A DNA stretch of 61,808 nucleotides, counting the filler. It is 4 parts of 4 records of this genome, joined end to end, with 100 filler letters (N's around TTAATTAATTAA, not from the genome) between each part and the next. Parts side by side here need not be neighbours in the genome. Positions count along the whole stretch, not along the records: positions 21,049 to 36,733 come from SRR31156797_747; 3 more parts are not named here. One strand, written 5' to 3'. The notes beneath the pieces are model-generated. The model searched no databases. It had not been told where the DNA came from and worked only from the letters and a program-made list of their open reading frames with translations. Shown in pieces: positions 21,049 to 32,128 of this stretch; within the stretch, counting starts at the first letter, position 1, and each line of letters begins with the position of its first letter. The translations under genes and the position numbers were made by a program.

Positions 21049-22285
21049 TATCAATATTTTCTAATACAACAATGGCGGAATCTATCAACATACCCACAGC
21101 AAAAGAGATACCTGCTAAAGAGATAGTATTTAAACTTCTTCCCATAATATCTAGAATAATAAAGGTACCTATAACAGATATTGGAATCGCTACAGATACA
21201 ACAGCTGTAGGGGAGATGGCACGTAAAAAGATCGTCAATATAATAATAGCAAGAACACCCCCTATTAAAATATTTTTTTGTACAAGATCAACAGCACCGA
21301 CGATATATGGTCTTTGATCATATAACCATTGAATCTTTAGATCTTTTTCTGCTAAGATCCCTTCATTTAAAGAGTTTACTACACTCTCCACATCATTGGT
21401 AAGCTGGACAATATTTGCATCACCTCTAGGTTGGACTCCAAAAAATATCCCATCTTTTCCTAAAAACTTTGCTACAAAGTTTGGATCTGCCAAACCAAAC
21501 TCTACTGTAGCGATATCTTTTAGTTTTATCCTTCTTTGTCTATCAGAATAGACAATAACATTTTCAATCTCATCAATTGAGCTAAATTTACTCACGGTTC
21601 TGATACGATAACTTCTTCTACTCATATCTAAAGTACCCGCAGAGATATCTATATTTTCACTTTGGATAGTATTGATAACTTGTTCAATAGTAAGAGAATA
21701 GCTGGCTATTTTATTTGTATCCAAAATAATATGCATCTGTTTCTCACGACCACCACCAGTCATAAGATCAGCTACTCCATCTATTCTTTCAACATGAGCA
21801 CGAAGCTCATCTTCGAAAAAAGTTTTATAGTTATCTATATGATTAGGGTTATTCTCTTTCGTTTGAAGCATACACCAAATAACTGGACTCGCACTTGCTG
21901 TTTTAATAACAGGATTTTCAACATTAGCTGGATATGAGCTCACTTCATTTAATTTATTAGAAACATCTAAAAGAGCTTTTTGAAGATCTGTCCCAAGTTT
22001 AAATGTTAAAGTTATCTCTCCATAATTATCTTTTGAACTACTTTCATACTCTAAAAGGTTATTTAAACTTTTTAAAGTATCTTCTTGTTCTTCTATGATC
22101 TCTCTTTCGATCTCATACGGAGTTGCTCCTGGCCATGTAGTTGTTACTTTAATCTCTGGTTTTGTAACATTTGGAGTTAACTGGTAAGGAAGCTTACTTA
22201 ATGATAAAAATCCAAATATTACTACTATCAATACAGATACGATAATAGTCACTGGATTTTTAATGGAAAATGATATTAAATTCAT
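21049..22285 (-). CDS. RND efflux permease (AcrB/AcrD/AcrF family), 3' end truncated by the contig edge
   Basis: WPGATPYEIERE, AIPISVIGTF, SLNTISLAGISFAVGMLIDSAIVVLENI. Confidence 0.92.
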
Positions 22286-22293
22286 CCTATATC

Positions 22294-23334
22294 CTATTGT
22301 TTATTTAAAACTTTTATTGGTTGGTTTGGAAAAATTCTTTCATTTCCTTTTATAACTACATTTGCACCTTCAACTAAACCTTGTGCTTCAATGGCTACAC
22401 TTTTATTGTTATATCCTACAACTTTTACTGGAAGCATTGTTGCTTTTCCATCGCTATCAATAAAAATCACATCTCCACCAAACCTTTTAATAACTGCATC
22501 TCTTGGAACAACTAAAGATTCTTTTTCTTTATCTCTTGGTAATTTTATCTTTGCTTCCATCCCATCATAGACAAAGCCCTCATTTATAGATGCTATAAAC
22601 TTTACGGGGAATGTTCTTGTTCTTGTATCTCCCTTTGGAATTGCTGCATAGAGTTTTGAAGTGATCGTTTTTCCACCAAGTTGTATTGTATACCCTTGGG
22701 TTTTATCAAGTTTATAAACATAAGATGTTGGAAGATTAAAAGTAAGTTCTACATTTGTAGTATCAATCAATGTAGCAATCACTTTTCCACTATCTGCCCA
22801 CTCTGCTACTTCAATATCTTTTGTAACGATAATACCATCAAAAGGGGCTTTGATAACTTTTTTTGATCTTTGCACCAGTAGCTCATCCAAGAAAGCCTGT
22901 GCTTTTGTTAAGTTTGCTTGTGCTGTAGTAAAACTTGTAAAGCTATCATCATACACTTGTTGGGACACTGATTTTGTCTTTAAAAGCTCTATATATCGAT
23001 TATGGTTTTTTGAACTATTTTCTAAAGTTACTTTTGCAATCTCTACACTTGATTGTGCTGATTTGATCTGAGCATCTAAAATATCCGTATCTATTTTTAC
23101 TAAGACATCCCCTTTTTTGACATGATCTCCTGTTTGAAAATTTATTTGTTCCACATTACCACTTGTTGCACTTGCAATTTTTGAGCTTTTTGAGAAACTC
23201 AATGTTCCTATAAACTCTTCTAGTGGATTAACCACCCCTTTTGTCACTTTTGCAGTATTTACTAAAGATGGACCTTGCTCCATACTCAATCCATACACTA
23301 CCAATACCACCATAAGTATTATTTTTTTAATCAT
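22294..23334 (-). CDS. RND periplasmic adaptor (membrane fusion protein)
   Basis: Lipoyl-like GDHVKKGDVLVKID, IKAPFDGII, TRTFPVK, VVPRDAV. Confidence 0.93.
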   Translation of the reverse strand: MIKKIILMVVLVVYGLSMEQGPSLVNTAKVTKGVVNPLEEFIGTLSFSKSSKIASATSGNVEQINFQTGDHVKKGDVLVKIDTDILDAQIKSAQSSVEIAKVTLENSSKNHNRYIELLKTKSVSQQVYDDSFTSFTTAQANLTKAQAFLDELLVQRSKKVIKAPFDGIIVTKDIEVAEWADSGKVIATLIDTTNVELTFNLPTSYVYKLDKTQGYTIQLGGKTITSKLYAAIPKGDTRTRTFPVKFIASINEGFVYDGMEAKIKLPRDKEKESLVVPRDAVIKRFGGDVIFIDSDGKATMLPVKVVGYNNKSVAIEAQGLVEGANVVIKGNERIFPNQPIKVLNKQ

Positions 23335-23345
23335 TTTATCCTCAC

Positions 23346-26300
23346 TTATTTAGTTGCAGTGAACTTATTTTTAACTGCCATTACAAGATAGAAGAAAAGA
23401 GGAATAAATATAACTCCAATCACCATCGCGCTAAACATCCCACCAACAACTGTTGTACCAATAATATGTCTACTTGCACTACCTGCACCTGAACTTAAAG
23501 CTAATGGCATTGTTCCCGCAATAAATGCTAAAGAGGTCATAACAATTGGCCGAAATCTAAGCCTTGCTGCCTCAATAGTCGCATCTAGTAAGGTCATACC
23601 AGATTTAAGTTTATCCATAGCAAATTCTACGATTAAAATCGCATTTTTTGCACTCAGCCCCACCAGAGTAATAAGCCCTACTTGGAAGTAGATATCTGCT
23701 TCCAATCCTCGCAAATATACTGCTAATGCTGCTCCGAAAATCGCAAATGGGATAGAGATGATTACCGCCATTGGGATACTCCAGCTTTCATATAAAGCTG
23801 CAAGAATCAAAAATACAAAGATCGCTGCATATAAAGTTGTATAGTTTCCTTCATTTTCAATTTTTTTCTCTTGATAGGTTGTTCCTGCCCAAGCTACAGT
23901 ATACCCCTCAGGTAAAACCTCAGCAGCGATCTCCTCAATAGCTTTTGTAGCATCACTTGAAGCAAAACCAACTCCAGGTTCACCTGAAAGTTTTGCTGCG
24001 TTAAACATATTGAATCTTTGGATTACACTTGCATCAACTTTTCTTGTGACATGAATAAGTTCACTCACTGGAACAAATTGTCCAGAAGAAGACTGTACAT
24101 ATACTGATTTAAACTGCTCTTTTGTAGCTCGATACTCTGAATCAGCTTGGATATTTACTTTAAAGGTTCTTCCATAAAGGTTAAAATCATTTACATACCC
24201 TTGTCCATATGATTTTTGTATCGCTGCATACACTTTATCCACTGAGATATTCATAGATTTCGCTTTATCTTGATCTACAGTTAAGAGATATTGAGGAACA
24301 TTTGTATTCAATGTTGATCTCACCCTTGTAAGTCTTGGGTCAGCATTTGCTTTACCTAATATCTCTTGAACATATTGATTTAAAGTTGAAAGCTCTCCAC
24401 CAGTTCTATCTTGTACCCACATCTCAAAACCACCTGTGGTACTCATCCCTCTAATTGGAGGAGGATTTACAGCTATTACCATAGCATCTTTACTATTCAT
24501 CATAAAGTTCCCCATCAATTGCCCAGCAACTGCCTGTGCACTTTGATTCTCATTTGGTCGCTCATCCCATGGTTTTAGTTTTGCAAACATTAAAGCTGCA
24601 TCTGTTTTATAGGCAAAAGTTGTAATATCAAGCCCTGTAATATTTGCTGATGCGATAACATTTGGATTTGCTAAAAGTTGTGATTCGATCTCATCTGTAA
24701 TCTTTTGTGATTCACCCAGTGAAGTTGATGGCATCATAAAAGCAAATACCATTAAACTTCCCTTATCTTCCATAGGAACTAACCCTTTTGGTGTCATATT
24801 CATAATAGAATATGTTGCATATAAAAGTATTCCAAAAAGAGCTAGGGAGAAAAACCATAATCGAATCGTTTGTCTAGCTATTCCTAAAAATATTTTTGTA
24901 GACCAATCAAAGAATTGATTAAACTTTCTAATTAACCAAAATGGTTCTGGCTCATGCTCTTTTAAAAAGATCGCACAAAGTGCTGGAGTAAGTGTAAGAG
25001 CAACAAACCCTGAAATTACAACTGCCATAACAATAGTGATGGCAAACTGTTTGTACATCACCCCACTAAATCCACCACTAAGAGCTGCAGGGATAAATAC
25101 CGCTGAGAGTACTAAGATAATCGCCACAAGAGGAACTGTTAGCTCTCTCATCGCTTCAATAGTTGCTTCTTTTACACTTAAAGCTTTTGTTCTAAGATTT
25201 CTTTCAACATTTTCAATAACAATAATCGCATCATCAACCACCAGACCAATAGCTAGAATCATCCCAAAAAGAGTTAAAAGATTAATTGAAAACCCTGCAG
25301 CATAAAGCCCTGCAAAAGTACCAACTACTGAAACTGGAATTGCTAAAACTGGAATAATAGTAGCTCTAAGATTTCCTAAGAAAAGATAGATCAATATCGT
25401 TACAAATACGATCGCTTCTAAAAGTGTTTTAATAACCTCTTTAATAGACTCATTTACAAAAAGTGTTGCATCGTAAGGGATCTGATACTCTAAACCTTCA
25501 GGAAACTTTTTAGATATCTCTTTCATAGTCTCTTCAAGTGCCGTAGAAACGTCTAAAGCATTTGCCCCAGGGGAAAGAAAAATACCAACTGGAATCATTG
25601 GCTGTTTTGTAAACTTTGCTGAAGTAAAAATATTATCAGTTCCAAGTCGCACTTGTGCCACATCACTTAATCTTAAAGTTGATCCATCATCATTTGATCT
25701 TACAATGATATTTTTAAACTCTTCAACATTTTTCAATCTCCCCTCAGTAGTAATTGAATACGTAAAAGGTGTGATCTCTTTTATAGGTTCACTCCCTACT
25801 CTACCAGTTGAGTATTGATTATTTTGTCTATTGATAATAGCACTAATATCATCTGCAGTAAGATTATAAAATGCTAACTTTTCAGGATCAACCCAGATTC
25901 TAATAGCATAATCTTTTGCTCCAAATACATTTGCTTCACCAATCCCTTTAATTCTTTTAAGATCATCTAAAACATTCACTGTAATATAATTTGAGATAAA
26001 TGTTGTATCATGCTTTGTAGAAGTAAAAGCAAGTACTTTTAACATATCAGGAGATCTTTCTTTTACACTGATCCCTTGTCTTTGTACCTCTTGAGGTAAA
26101 GATGACATAGCAAGCTGAACACGGTTATTAACATCCACTTTTGCTTGGGCTACATCAGTTCCTACTTCAAATACTACACTAATTGATAAAGTTCCACTTG
26201 GACTTGCCGTTGATGTCATATACATCATATTATCAACACCATTGATCGAATTCTCTAAAACTGTTGCGACTGTTTTTGATAAGGTCTTTGCATCAGCCCC

Positions 26301-26453
26301 GGGATAGGTAGCTGAAACATTGATCTGAGGAGGGGTAACTCCTGGATACTCTTTAACAGGAAGTATATTAATTGATATAAGTCCTGCTAAAATGATCAAA
26401 ATAGACACAACAGTGGCAAAGATAGGTCTATTTATAAAAAACTTTGAAAACAT
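23346..26453 (-). CDS. HAE1 multidrug RND permease (CmeB/MexB-like)
   Basis: FFINRPIFATV, YPGADA, GLVVDDAIIVIENV, KNAILIVEFA, RFRPIVMTSLAF. Confidence 0.95.
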   Translation of the reverse strand: MFSKFFINRPIFATVVSILIILAGLISINILPVKEYPGVTPPQINVSATYPGADAKTLSKTVATVLENSINGVDNMMYMTSTASPSGTLSISVVFEVGTDVAQAKVDVNNRVQLAMSSLPQEVQRQGISVKERSPDMLKVLAFTSTKHDTTFISNYITVNVLDDLKRIKGIGEANVFGAKDYAIRIWVDPEKLAFYNLTADDISAIINRQNNQYSTGRVGSEPIKEITPFTYSITTEGRLKNVEEFKNIIVRSNDDGSTLRLSDVAQVRLGTDNIFTSAKFTKQPMIPVGIFLSPGANALDVSTALEETMKEISKKFPEGLEYQIPYDATLFVNESIKEVIKTLLEAIVFVTILIYLFLGNLRATIIPVLAIPVSVVGTFAGLYAAGFSINLLTLFGMILAIGLVVDDAIIVIENVERNLRTKALSVKEATIEAMRELTVPLVAIILVLSAVFIPAALSGGFSGVMYKQFAITIVMAVVISGFVALTLTPALCAIFLKEHEPEPFWLIRKFNQFFDWSTKIFLGIARQTIRLWFFSLALFGILLYATYSIMNMTPKGLVPMEDKGSLMVFAFMMPSTSLGESQKITDEIESQLLANPNVIASANITGLDITTFAYKTDAALMFAKLKPWDERPNENQSAQAVAGQLMGNFMMNSKDAMVIAVNPPPIRGMSTTGGFEMWVQDRTGGELSTLNQYVQEILGKANADPRLTRVRSTLNTNVPQYLLTVDQDKAKSMNISVDKVYAAIQKSYGQGYVNDFNLYGRTFKVNIQADSEYRATKEQFKSVYVQSSSGQFVPVSELIHVTRKVDASVIQRFNMFNAAKLSGEPGVGFASSDATKAIEEIAAEVLPEGYTVAWAGTTYQEKKIENEGNYTTLYAAIFVFLILAALYESWSIPMAVIISIPFAIFGAALAVYLRGLEADIYFQVGLITLVGLSAKNAILIVEFAMDKLKSGMTLLDATIEAARLRFRPIVMTSLAFIAGTMPLALSSGAGSASRHIIGTTVVGGMFSAMVIGVIFIPLFFYLVMAVKNKFTATK

Positions 26454-26463
26454 CTAAATACCT

Positions 26464-27612
26464 TTATTGATTTATTATCTTATCTACTTGTAAAGGTTGT
26501 CCTGGTTTTACTTTAAAGAAATTATTTACAATAACTCTATCACCACTTTTTAAAGCACCTCCAACTACAACATATTTATCACCACTCTCTTTTCCAACAA
26601 CTACTGGTCTAACAGCTGCTACACCATTTTCTTCAACAAATACAATAGTTCCCATAGGGTTTTGTAACATTGCACGCTGAGGAATAGTGATCACACCTTT
26701 TTGAGAGATCCCTTTTAGAACAACTCTTATAAAATCTCCTGCCATTAAAGTATGATCAGAATTATCTACAATCGCTCTCATTTTGATCGTTGAAGTTGCT
26801 TTATCTATATTTACATCAATAAAATCGATCTTTCCTTTTTTTGCCATTGTTTTTCCATTGTTAAGAATCTCAACAGTAAGTCCCTCTTCTGAAACGCTCC
26901 ATAAACCACTTTTTACGTTTTTATAATCACTTAGTGGAACTGAAAAATCTATATACATTTGATCATTTTGAGTGATACTTACAAGTTCCATTGGTGGATT
27001 TTGAGTCACGAGATCACCCACATCAACTGTTTTCATCCCTGCTATTCCAGAGATTGGTGCTTTTACTTTTGTATAGTTAAAATCAACCTGTGCTTCAGCT
27101 AGTTCAGCTTTTGCTAAAGCCATACCAGATAAGGCTTCTTCATAAGCAAAAAGTGCTTCATCTCTTTTTTCTGCACTTACTGCTCTTTTTTGGAAAAGTT
27201 TTTTGATTCTCTCCCAGTCTCTTTTTGCATTCTCTAAAGTTGCTTCATTCATTTTTAAATTTGCCTGGGCAGCTTCAACTTTTGCTTTATAGATATCATC
27301 TTCAATGGTAAATAAAAGATCTCCTTTACTCAGTTTTTGCCCTTCAGTAAAATGCTTTTGCTCCAATACTCCTAAAACCCTAGAATAAGCTTTTACACTT
27401 TGATAGGCTTTTACCTGAGCAGGATATTTTAGATCAATTGAGAGATCAACAGGGTTTGGAACCACATAAATATCTGCTTTTGGAGGTGGCATCTTTTTCC
27501 CTCCAGCAGGGCCTGCCCCAAATGCTAACATTGGGATCAAACACAAAACTGATACTATAAAACCTTTTGTCATATTACCTTTTAAAAAGTTACTGATTAT
27601 TACTTTTTTCAT
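26464..27612 (-). CDS. RND periplasmic adaptor (CmeA/MexA-like)
   Basis: FTEGQKLSKGDLLFTI, YTKVKAPISG, GKIDFID, IPQRAM; start overlaps the TolC stop (TAATG). Confidence 0.93.
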   Translation of the reverse strand: MKKVIISNFLKGNMTKGFIVSVLCLIPMLAFGAGPAGGKKMPPPKADIYVVPNPVDLSIDLKYPAQVKAYQSVKAYSRVLGVLEQKHFTEGQKLSKGDLLFTIEDDIYKAKVEAAQANLKMNEATLENAKRDWERIKKLFQKRAVSAEKRDEALFAYEEALSGMALAKAELAEAQVDFNYTKVKAPISGIAGMKTVDVGDLVTQNPPMELVSITQNDQMYIDFSVPLSDYKNVKSGLWSVSEEGLTVEILNNGKTMAKKGKIDFIDVNIDKATSTIKMRAIVDNSDHTLMAGDFIRVVLKGISQKGVITIPQRAMLQNPMGTIVFVEENGVAAVRPVVVGKESGDKYVVVGGALKSGDRVIVNNFFKVKPGQPLQVDKIINQ

Positions 27613-28850
27613 TATCGTATAAACTCCTCTAGGTTTTTACCACTATGGTAAATAATATTTGCTTTTTTAATTTCAAGGTCATACACCGCTGCATTTAAAA
27701 TACTCTGTGCTAAATACTTCTCACTTAAAGCTTCTAAATAAGCGATATTATCTACTAAACCATTTTGAAACTTTGCTTTGATCGAATCATAAGCACTATC
27801 AGCTGCTAATACACCAGCTTTTGCAGAATCTATTTTTAATTTTGCTATCTCATATGCTTTAATACTTAGTTTTAGATCAACACTCGCTTTATTTTTCTCA
27901 TATTCATATTGTGATTTTAAAGCTAAATATTTTTTGTATGCTGCATCATAAGCATCAGAAGTTGCACCAAAATTAAATACATTCCATGAAAGATTGAAAG
28001 AAAGGACATTTTGTTCATAGTCTGTTGAATTTGCACTATATCGTGAACTTTCATAGTCTAGATCATTACTATAAAATGTGTCGTTTATACTTATTGTTGG
28101 ATAGTATCCACTTTTTTGACTTTTTGCACTTGAAAGCAAGGTTTGCATTTGATACTCTAAAGCTTTAATATCAGCTCTTAAGCTTTGTTCAGATGAGAGA
28201 TACTCATGTAGTTTTGAGCCTTTTTCAATGGTTACTGTTTTTCCAACTGTATATTCAAGATTATGAAGTATAGTTTGAATTTTCAATTCGATCTCATGAA
28301 GATCAACATTTGAGATAGCAACACGTGAAATAATTTTTTGTACTTCATCTTCAGTTGCAGTTCCTACTTCTAAGAATCTCTCCAATCTTTTTTGTTGTGC
28401 ATCAAGTTGCTCTAACTCTTTTATCTTTGCTTCTTTTTGTGAAACTAAAGAGAGATAGGTATAATAATAATTGATCACTTGCAGTGCGATTTGATTTTTT
28501 ACATTATTTAAACTCTCTGTTCCACTTTGGATAGATGATTCATAAGAATCATAAGTATTTTCTCTTTTACCACCATCGTAAATCACATAATCTACGCTTC
28601 CATATAAACTTGTCATATTCTCAGGAGTAGAACTTATCTCTTCATTGGTTGTTTGATACTTTGCACCAATAGAAAAGTTGGGTAGATACCCAGCTTTAAC
28701 ACTATCATATTCAAACATAGTAGACTCTAATGTTTTCTTTGAAACATCTATCATCTTATTCTCTTTTGATAAAGAGATAAGCTCTGTAAGATTTTCACCA
28801 AAAAGTGAAAATGGAACCATTAGTGCAAATGCTAAACTTTTTTTCATCAT
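27612..28850 (-). CDS. TolC-family outer membrane efflux protein
   Basis: Two OEP repeats (YLPNFS...IYDGG; YYPTIS...WNVFNFG), KFQNGLVD..YLEA. Confidence 0.9.
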   Translation of the reverse strand: MMKKSLAFALMVPFSLFGENLTELISLSKENKMIDVSKKTLESTMFEYDSVKAGYLPNFSIGAKYQTTNEEISSTPENMTSLYGSVDYVIYDGGKRENTYDSYESSIQSGTESLNNVKNQIALQVINYYYTYLSLVSQKEAKIKELEQLDAQQKRLERFLEVGTATEDEVQKIISRVAISNVDLHEIELKIQTILHNLEYTVGKTVTIEKGSKLHEYLSSEQSLRADIKALEYQMQTLLSSAKSQKSGYYPTISINDTFYSNDLDYESSRYSANSTDYEQNVLSFNLSWNVFNFGATSDAYDAAYKKYLALKSQYEYEKNKASVDLKLSIKAYEIAKLKIDSAKAGVLAADSAYDSIKAKFQNGLVDNIAYLEALSEKYLAQSILNAAVYDLEIKKANIIYHSGKNLEEFIR

Positions 28851-29077
28851 TTTTCGTCCTTAATTATTTTATGTACTATTTTTTTCACAAGTGGAGCTAC
28901 AACTGTTATCACAGGAAAAGCCACAAAAAAAGCTTTGATCCAAGCTTCAAGCCATTGTAATACAAATCCATCTATAAATCCTAGATTAATAAGTGTAATT
29001 ACAAAACTCATAATAAAGCTCATAATAAAAGCCATCACAAATGCAAATACTAATTTTTCATGTTTTTTACCAATCAT
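28847..29077 (-). CDS. Small membrane protein, DUF2798-like
   Basis: FAFVMAFIMSFIMS..ITLINLG....F..QWL.AW..AF.VAFP....VAP.V. Confidence 0.8.
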   Translation of the reverse strand: MIGKKHEKLVFAFVMAFIMSFIMSFVITLINLGFIDGFVLQWLEAWIKAFFVAFPVITVVAPLVKKIVHKIIKDEK

Positions 29078-29673
29078 TTTTTTACCTCAATCAGATCAAA
29101 AATAGTGTCTAAAAATATTCTAAAATCTTCAGACACCTCTTTTTTCTCAGTCCATTTAAAAAATAAAAAACCTCTCTCTGCTGCTTTTAAGCCATTGATA
29201 AGATGAAGAGCTTCTGGTATTAATTCCCCTTTTTCAATCCCCTCTTCTATAAAAGATTTTAAAAGATCTTTAAAAAATTCAGAACACTCAGTATTAAATC
29301 TATTCATCTCTTCATTATCACTTGATAAGTTGATACTGATATACTCTTTGTAAAAGTTATGCTTTTGATCAAATAAACCCTCTTTATTTAAAACAAAATC
29401 AAATAAAAAAAGTATCTTCTCTCTTGTAGTTCGGTTTCCCATCTTAACTTTTCCCATAAGTTCAGTATGATACTCTTGAATACTACTTCTAATCACCTCA
29501 AAAACAATATCCTCTTTATTTTCAAAGTAATCATAGATACTCCCTTTCGAGACTCCTGCTGTCTTTGCAACTTCAGCAACTGTGAGCTTTTTGATACCTT
29601 TTTCTAATAAAAGATCCGTACAACTCATAGCTATATCACGTCTTTTTTGTACTTTATCAACAATAATCGCCAA
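29074..29673 (-). CDS. TetR/AcrR family regulator (start revised to TTG, MAIIVDK)
   Basis: HTH LTVAEVAKTAGVSKGSIYDYFENKEDI; GGAGAGG RBS just before TTG at 29673. Confidence 0.92.
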   Translation of the reverse strand: MAIIVDKVQKRRDIAMSCTDLLLEKGIKKLTVAEVAKTAGVSKGSIYDYFENKEDIVFEVIRSSIQEYHTELMGKVKMGNRTTREKILFLFDFVLNKEGLFDQKHNFYKEYISINLSSDNEEMNRFNTECSEFFKDLLKSFIEEGIEKGELIPEALHLINGLKAAERGFLFFKWTEKKEVSEDFRIFLDTIFDLIEVKK

Positions 29674-29701
29674 ATAACCTCTCCATAAAAGTAATTTTTT
29701 T

Positions 29702-29728
29702 ATAAATGAATGACCGTCGTTCATTTAT
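29702..29728. promoter_or_regulatory. Probable TetR operator (13-1-13 inverted repeat)
   Basis: ATAAATGAATGAC-C-GTCGTTCATTTAT, 12 of 13 positions symmetric, about 30 nt upstream of tetR. Confidence 0.8.
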
Positions 29729-29774
29729 TGGAATATTACAAAGGATTAGCTTAATGGTAAATTAAAAAAAAATA

Positions 29775-30449
29775 TTATTTAAGGGAAGTTATATATCGAT
29801 CAACTTTATACCCAACCCCTTTATGGTTTTGGATAAACTCTTCTTTTAAAGTACGTCGTAGACGACTGATCTCAGCTCGTATAGTTGCATCACTTACAAG
29901 ATCAGAATGCCAAGCATACTCCCGAAAGATATCAAAGTTGATGATAGTGCCGATATTTTGACATAAACACTCTATGATAAGGTGCTGTTTTTTTGTAAGG
30001 ATTTGCTCTTTGCCTTGAAAAAGAAGTTTATTCTCTTTTTTTACATAAGAGTAGTTTGGACTTAACAAAATATGCTCTCTTTTTGTATGATCAAGCTCAC
30101 TAGCAACCTTTTGTACCCGCAAAGCTAGCTCTTTTAGATGAAAAGGTTTTTTAATATAATCAGCAGCTCCAAGATCAAAAGCTTCTGTAATGTTTTCAAT
30201 ATCAATAAGTGCACTTATAAAGATTGTTGGGGTATTGCAATTATCTTGTTTTATATGTTTTAAAAGCTCCAAGCCATTCATAGATGGGACATTGATATCT
30301 AAGATTAAAAGATCAAAACATTCTGTTTGTATTATTTGTGAGGCTTCTTGTCCATCACTAAATGCTACACATTGATGTCCAAGCTCTTCTAAATATTCAA
30401 TTATGGAAGTTTGTAACATTTTTTCATCTTCTAATAGAAGTATCTTCAT
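29775..30449 (-). CDS. OmpR-family response regulator
   Basis: LLLEDE, LDINVP, DYIKKPF, winged helix ending GVGYK. Confidence 0.94.
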   Translation of the reverse strand: MKILLLEDEKMLQTSIIEYLEELGHQCVAFSDGQEASQIIQTECFDLLILDINVPSMNGLELLKHIKQDNCNTPTIFISALIDIENITEAFDLGAADYIKKPFHLKELALRVQKVASELDHTKREHILLSPNYSYVKKENKLLFQGKEQILTKKQHLIIECLCQNIGTIINFDIFREYAWHSDLVSDATIRAEISRLRRTLKEEFIQNHKGVGYKVDRYITSLK

Positions 30450-30475
30450 CTATCCTCTTTACTTTTTATTGGTTT

Positions 30476-32041
30476 TCAAAAACTATAGGTGAATTTAGTA
30501 TGATTGTTTAAAGATTCTACTAAAATCTTTACATCTTTTTTTTCACAAATATCTTTGATGATATTGAGTCCTAATCCAAAACCACCACGAGAATCATTCT
30601 CTCTATAATATCTTTGAAAAAGGCGTGAAGGATCTTCTATAGTATCCCCTACATTTTGAACTGAGAGAATTATACTATTATTTTCTTTGAATAATGCTAT
30701 GATTATGCTATTGTTCTCATAACTATATTTTATAGCATTGGAGATGGTATTATCACAGATCCTTTGAAGTTCTGTATCATTAAACTCTATCTCTATCCCT
30801 TTTTCAATTGCTATTTCAAACTGAAGAAGGTTTCCAGAAGCAACCTCTTCAAAAAAATCAATACGTGATACAATAAACTCACTAAAATCTATTTTCATAT
30901 CAGGATACTCTATACGATCTTTTTTTATAAGATAGGAAAGATCATTATAAATATTATGAATAATCTTTGAACCCGCTTCAATTTTACTCAAATATCTATT
31001 TTCTCCATTTTTTAGTTTAAAAAGATCAATATTTGTAATAATGATGCTTAAAGGGGTATTGATCTCATGGATAGCATTTTTGATAAACTTATCTTGTTTT
31101 TTTACAAGTTCTTTGGAGAATGTCTCTGATTCTTGTAACTCTTTTGTTCTCTCAGCTACTTTGTTTTCAAGATTAAAGTTTAAATCTTTTAACTCTTTGA
31201 TCATGAGATTAATATTGTGTGAGACATCTTTAAACTCTTTAAATGAAAGTTTTACTAGATCAATCTGTTTATATTCTGATGCCACATCTTTTAGTGTCTC
31301 TTTTATTCTTATAATATCTTGCTCAATTAGATGAGTAAAATATTTTGAAATAGCTACAGAGGTTAAAAATAATGCAGTAGCAAAAAGGAGTATCTGGATA
31401 ACATATCCTATAATTTGATGTTGATACTCCATCTTTTTTTGTTTTAAAACCTTTTCAATATCATCAAGATACACTCCACTTCCAATCATCCATGAAAAAG
31501 GTTTATAAGAGCTTGCATAGGAGATCTTCTTAGCTAGTTTTCCAGTAGTTGGTTTATTCCAAACATAATTAACATACCCACCCTCTCCTACTTTCGAGAT
31601 ATCAATAAGCTCTTTTATCACCAGTTTTCCATTAGGATCTCTAAAGTTGATAAGATTTTTTCCTAAATTCTGTTTTAAAATAGGATCAGCAATATTGATA
31701 CCATCAAAAGTATAGATAAAAATATATCCACTCCCATTTCTCATATCTCTCATATGTTCAATAGTTTCAACAATTTGATTTTGTAACTCTTTTTGTGTAA
31801 ATTTCTCTTTTGAGATTTTATGCTTGTATTCGATATAACGTAAAGCTCTCATTGTCTCATTTTTTACAATCTCTTTTTGAGATTTTAAATAGTCATTTTC
31901 AAGTTTTTGAAGCTCATCTATATGTTCATTATACGTATTAAAAAAAACAATTAAGGTAATAAATAAAGTGATCAATGCAGTAAAAGTAACAATTATTTTT
32001 GTCACTTGATTGATACTTTTATTATAAAAGAGCCTGATCAT
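30476..32041 (-). CDS. Sensor histidine kinase with periplasmic single Cache domain
   Basis: TM-Cache (GYIFIY, DPNGK, GGYVNYVWNKP, WMIGSGVY)-TM, H-box HEINTPL, NAIKYS, GFGLGL. Confidence 0.93.
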   Translation of the reverse strand: MIRLFYNKSINQVTKIIVTFTALITLFITLIVFFNTYNEHIDELQKLENDYLKSQKEIVKNETMRALRYIEYKHKISKEKFTQKELQNQIVETIEHMRDMRNGSGYIFIYTFDGINIADPILKQNLGKNLINFRDPNGKLVIKELIDISKVGEGGYVNYVWNKPTTGKLAKKISYASSYKPFSWMIGSGVYLDDIEKVLKQKKMEYQHQIIGYVIQILLFATALFLTSVAISKYFTHLIEQDIIRIKETLKDVASEYKQIDLVKLSFKEFKDVSHNINLMIKELKDLNFNLENKVAERTKELQESETFSKELVKKQDKFIKNAIHEINTPLSIIITNIDLFKLKNGENRYLSKIEAGSKIIHNIYNDLSYLIKKDRIEYPDMKIDFSEFIVSRIDFFEEVASGNLLQFEIAIEKGIEIEFNDTELQRICDNTISNAIKYSYENNSIIIALFKENNSIILSVQNVGDTIEDPSRLFQRYYRENDSRGGFGLGLNIIKDICEKKDVKILVESLNNHTKFTYSF

Positions 32042-32128
32042 GCTAAACCTTTACTATTTTCATCATACAAATTGTTATTTTTAAGTTAATTTTTAATAAA
32101 ATCTTCGATACTATTTGGAGATAATGTT

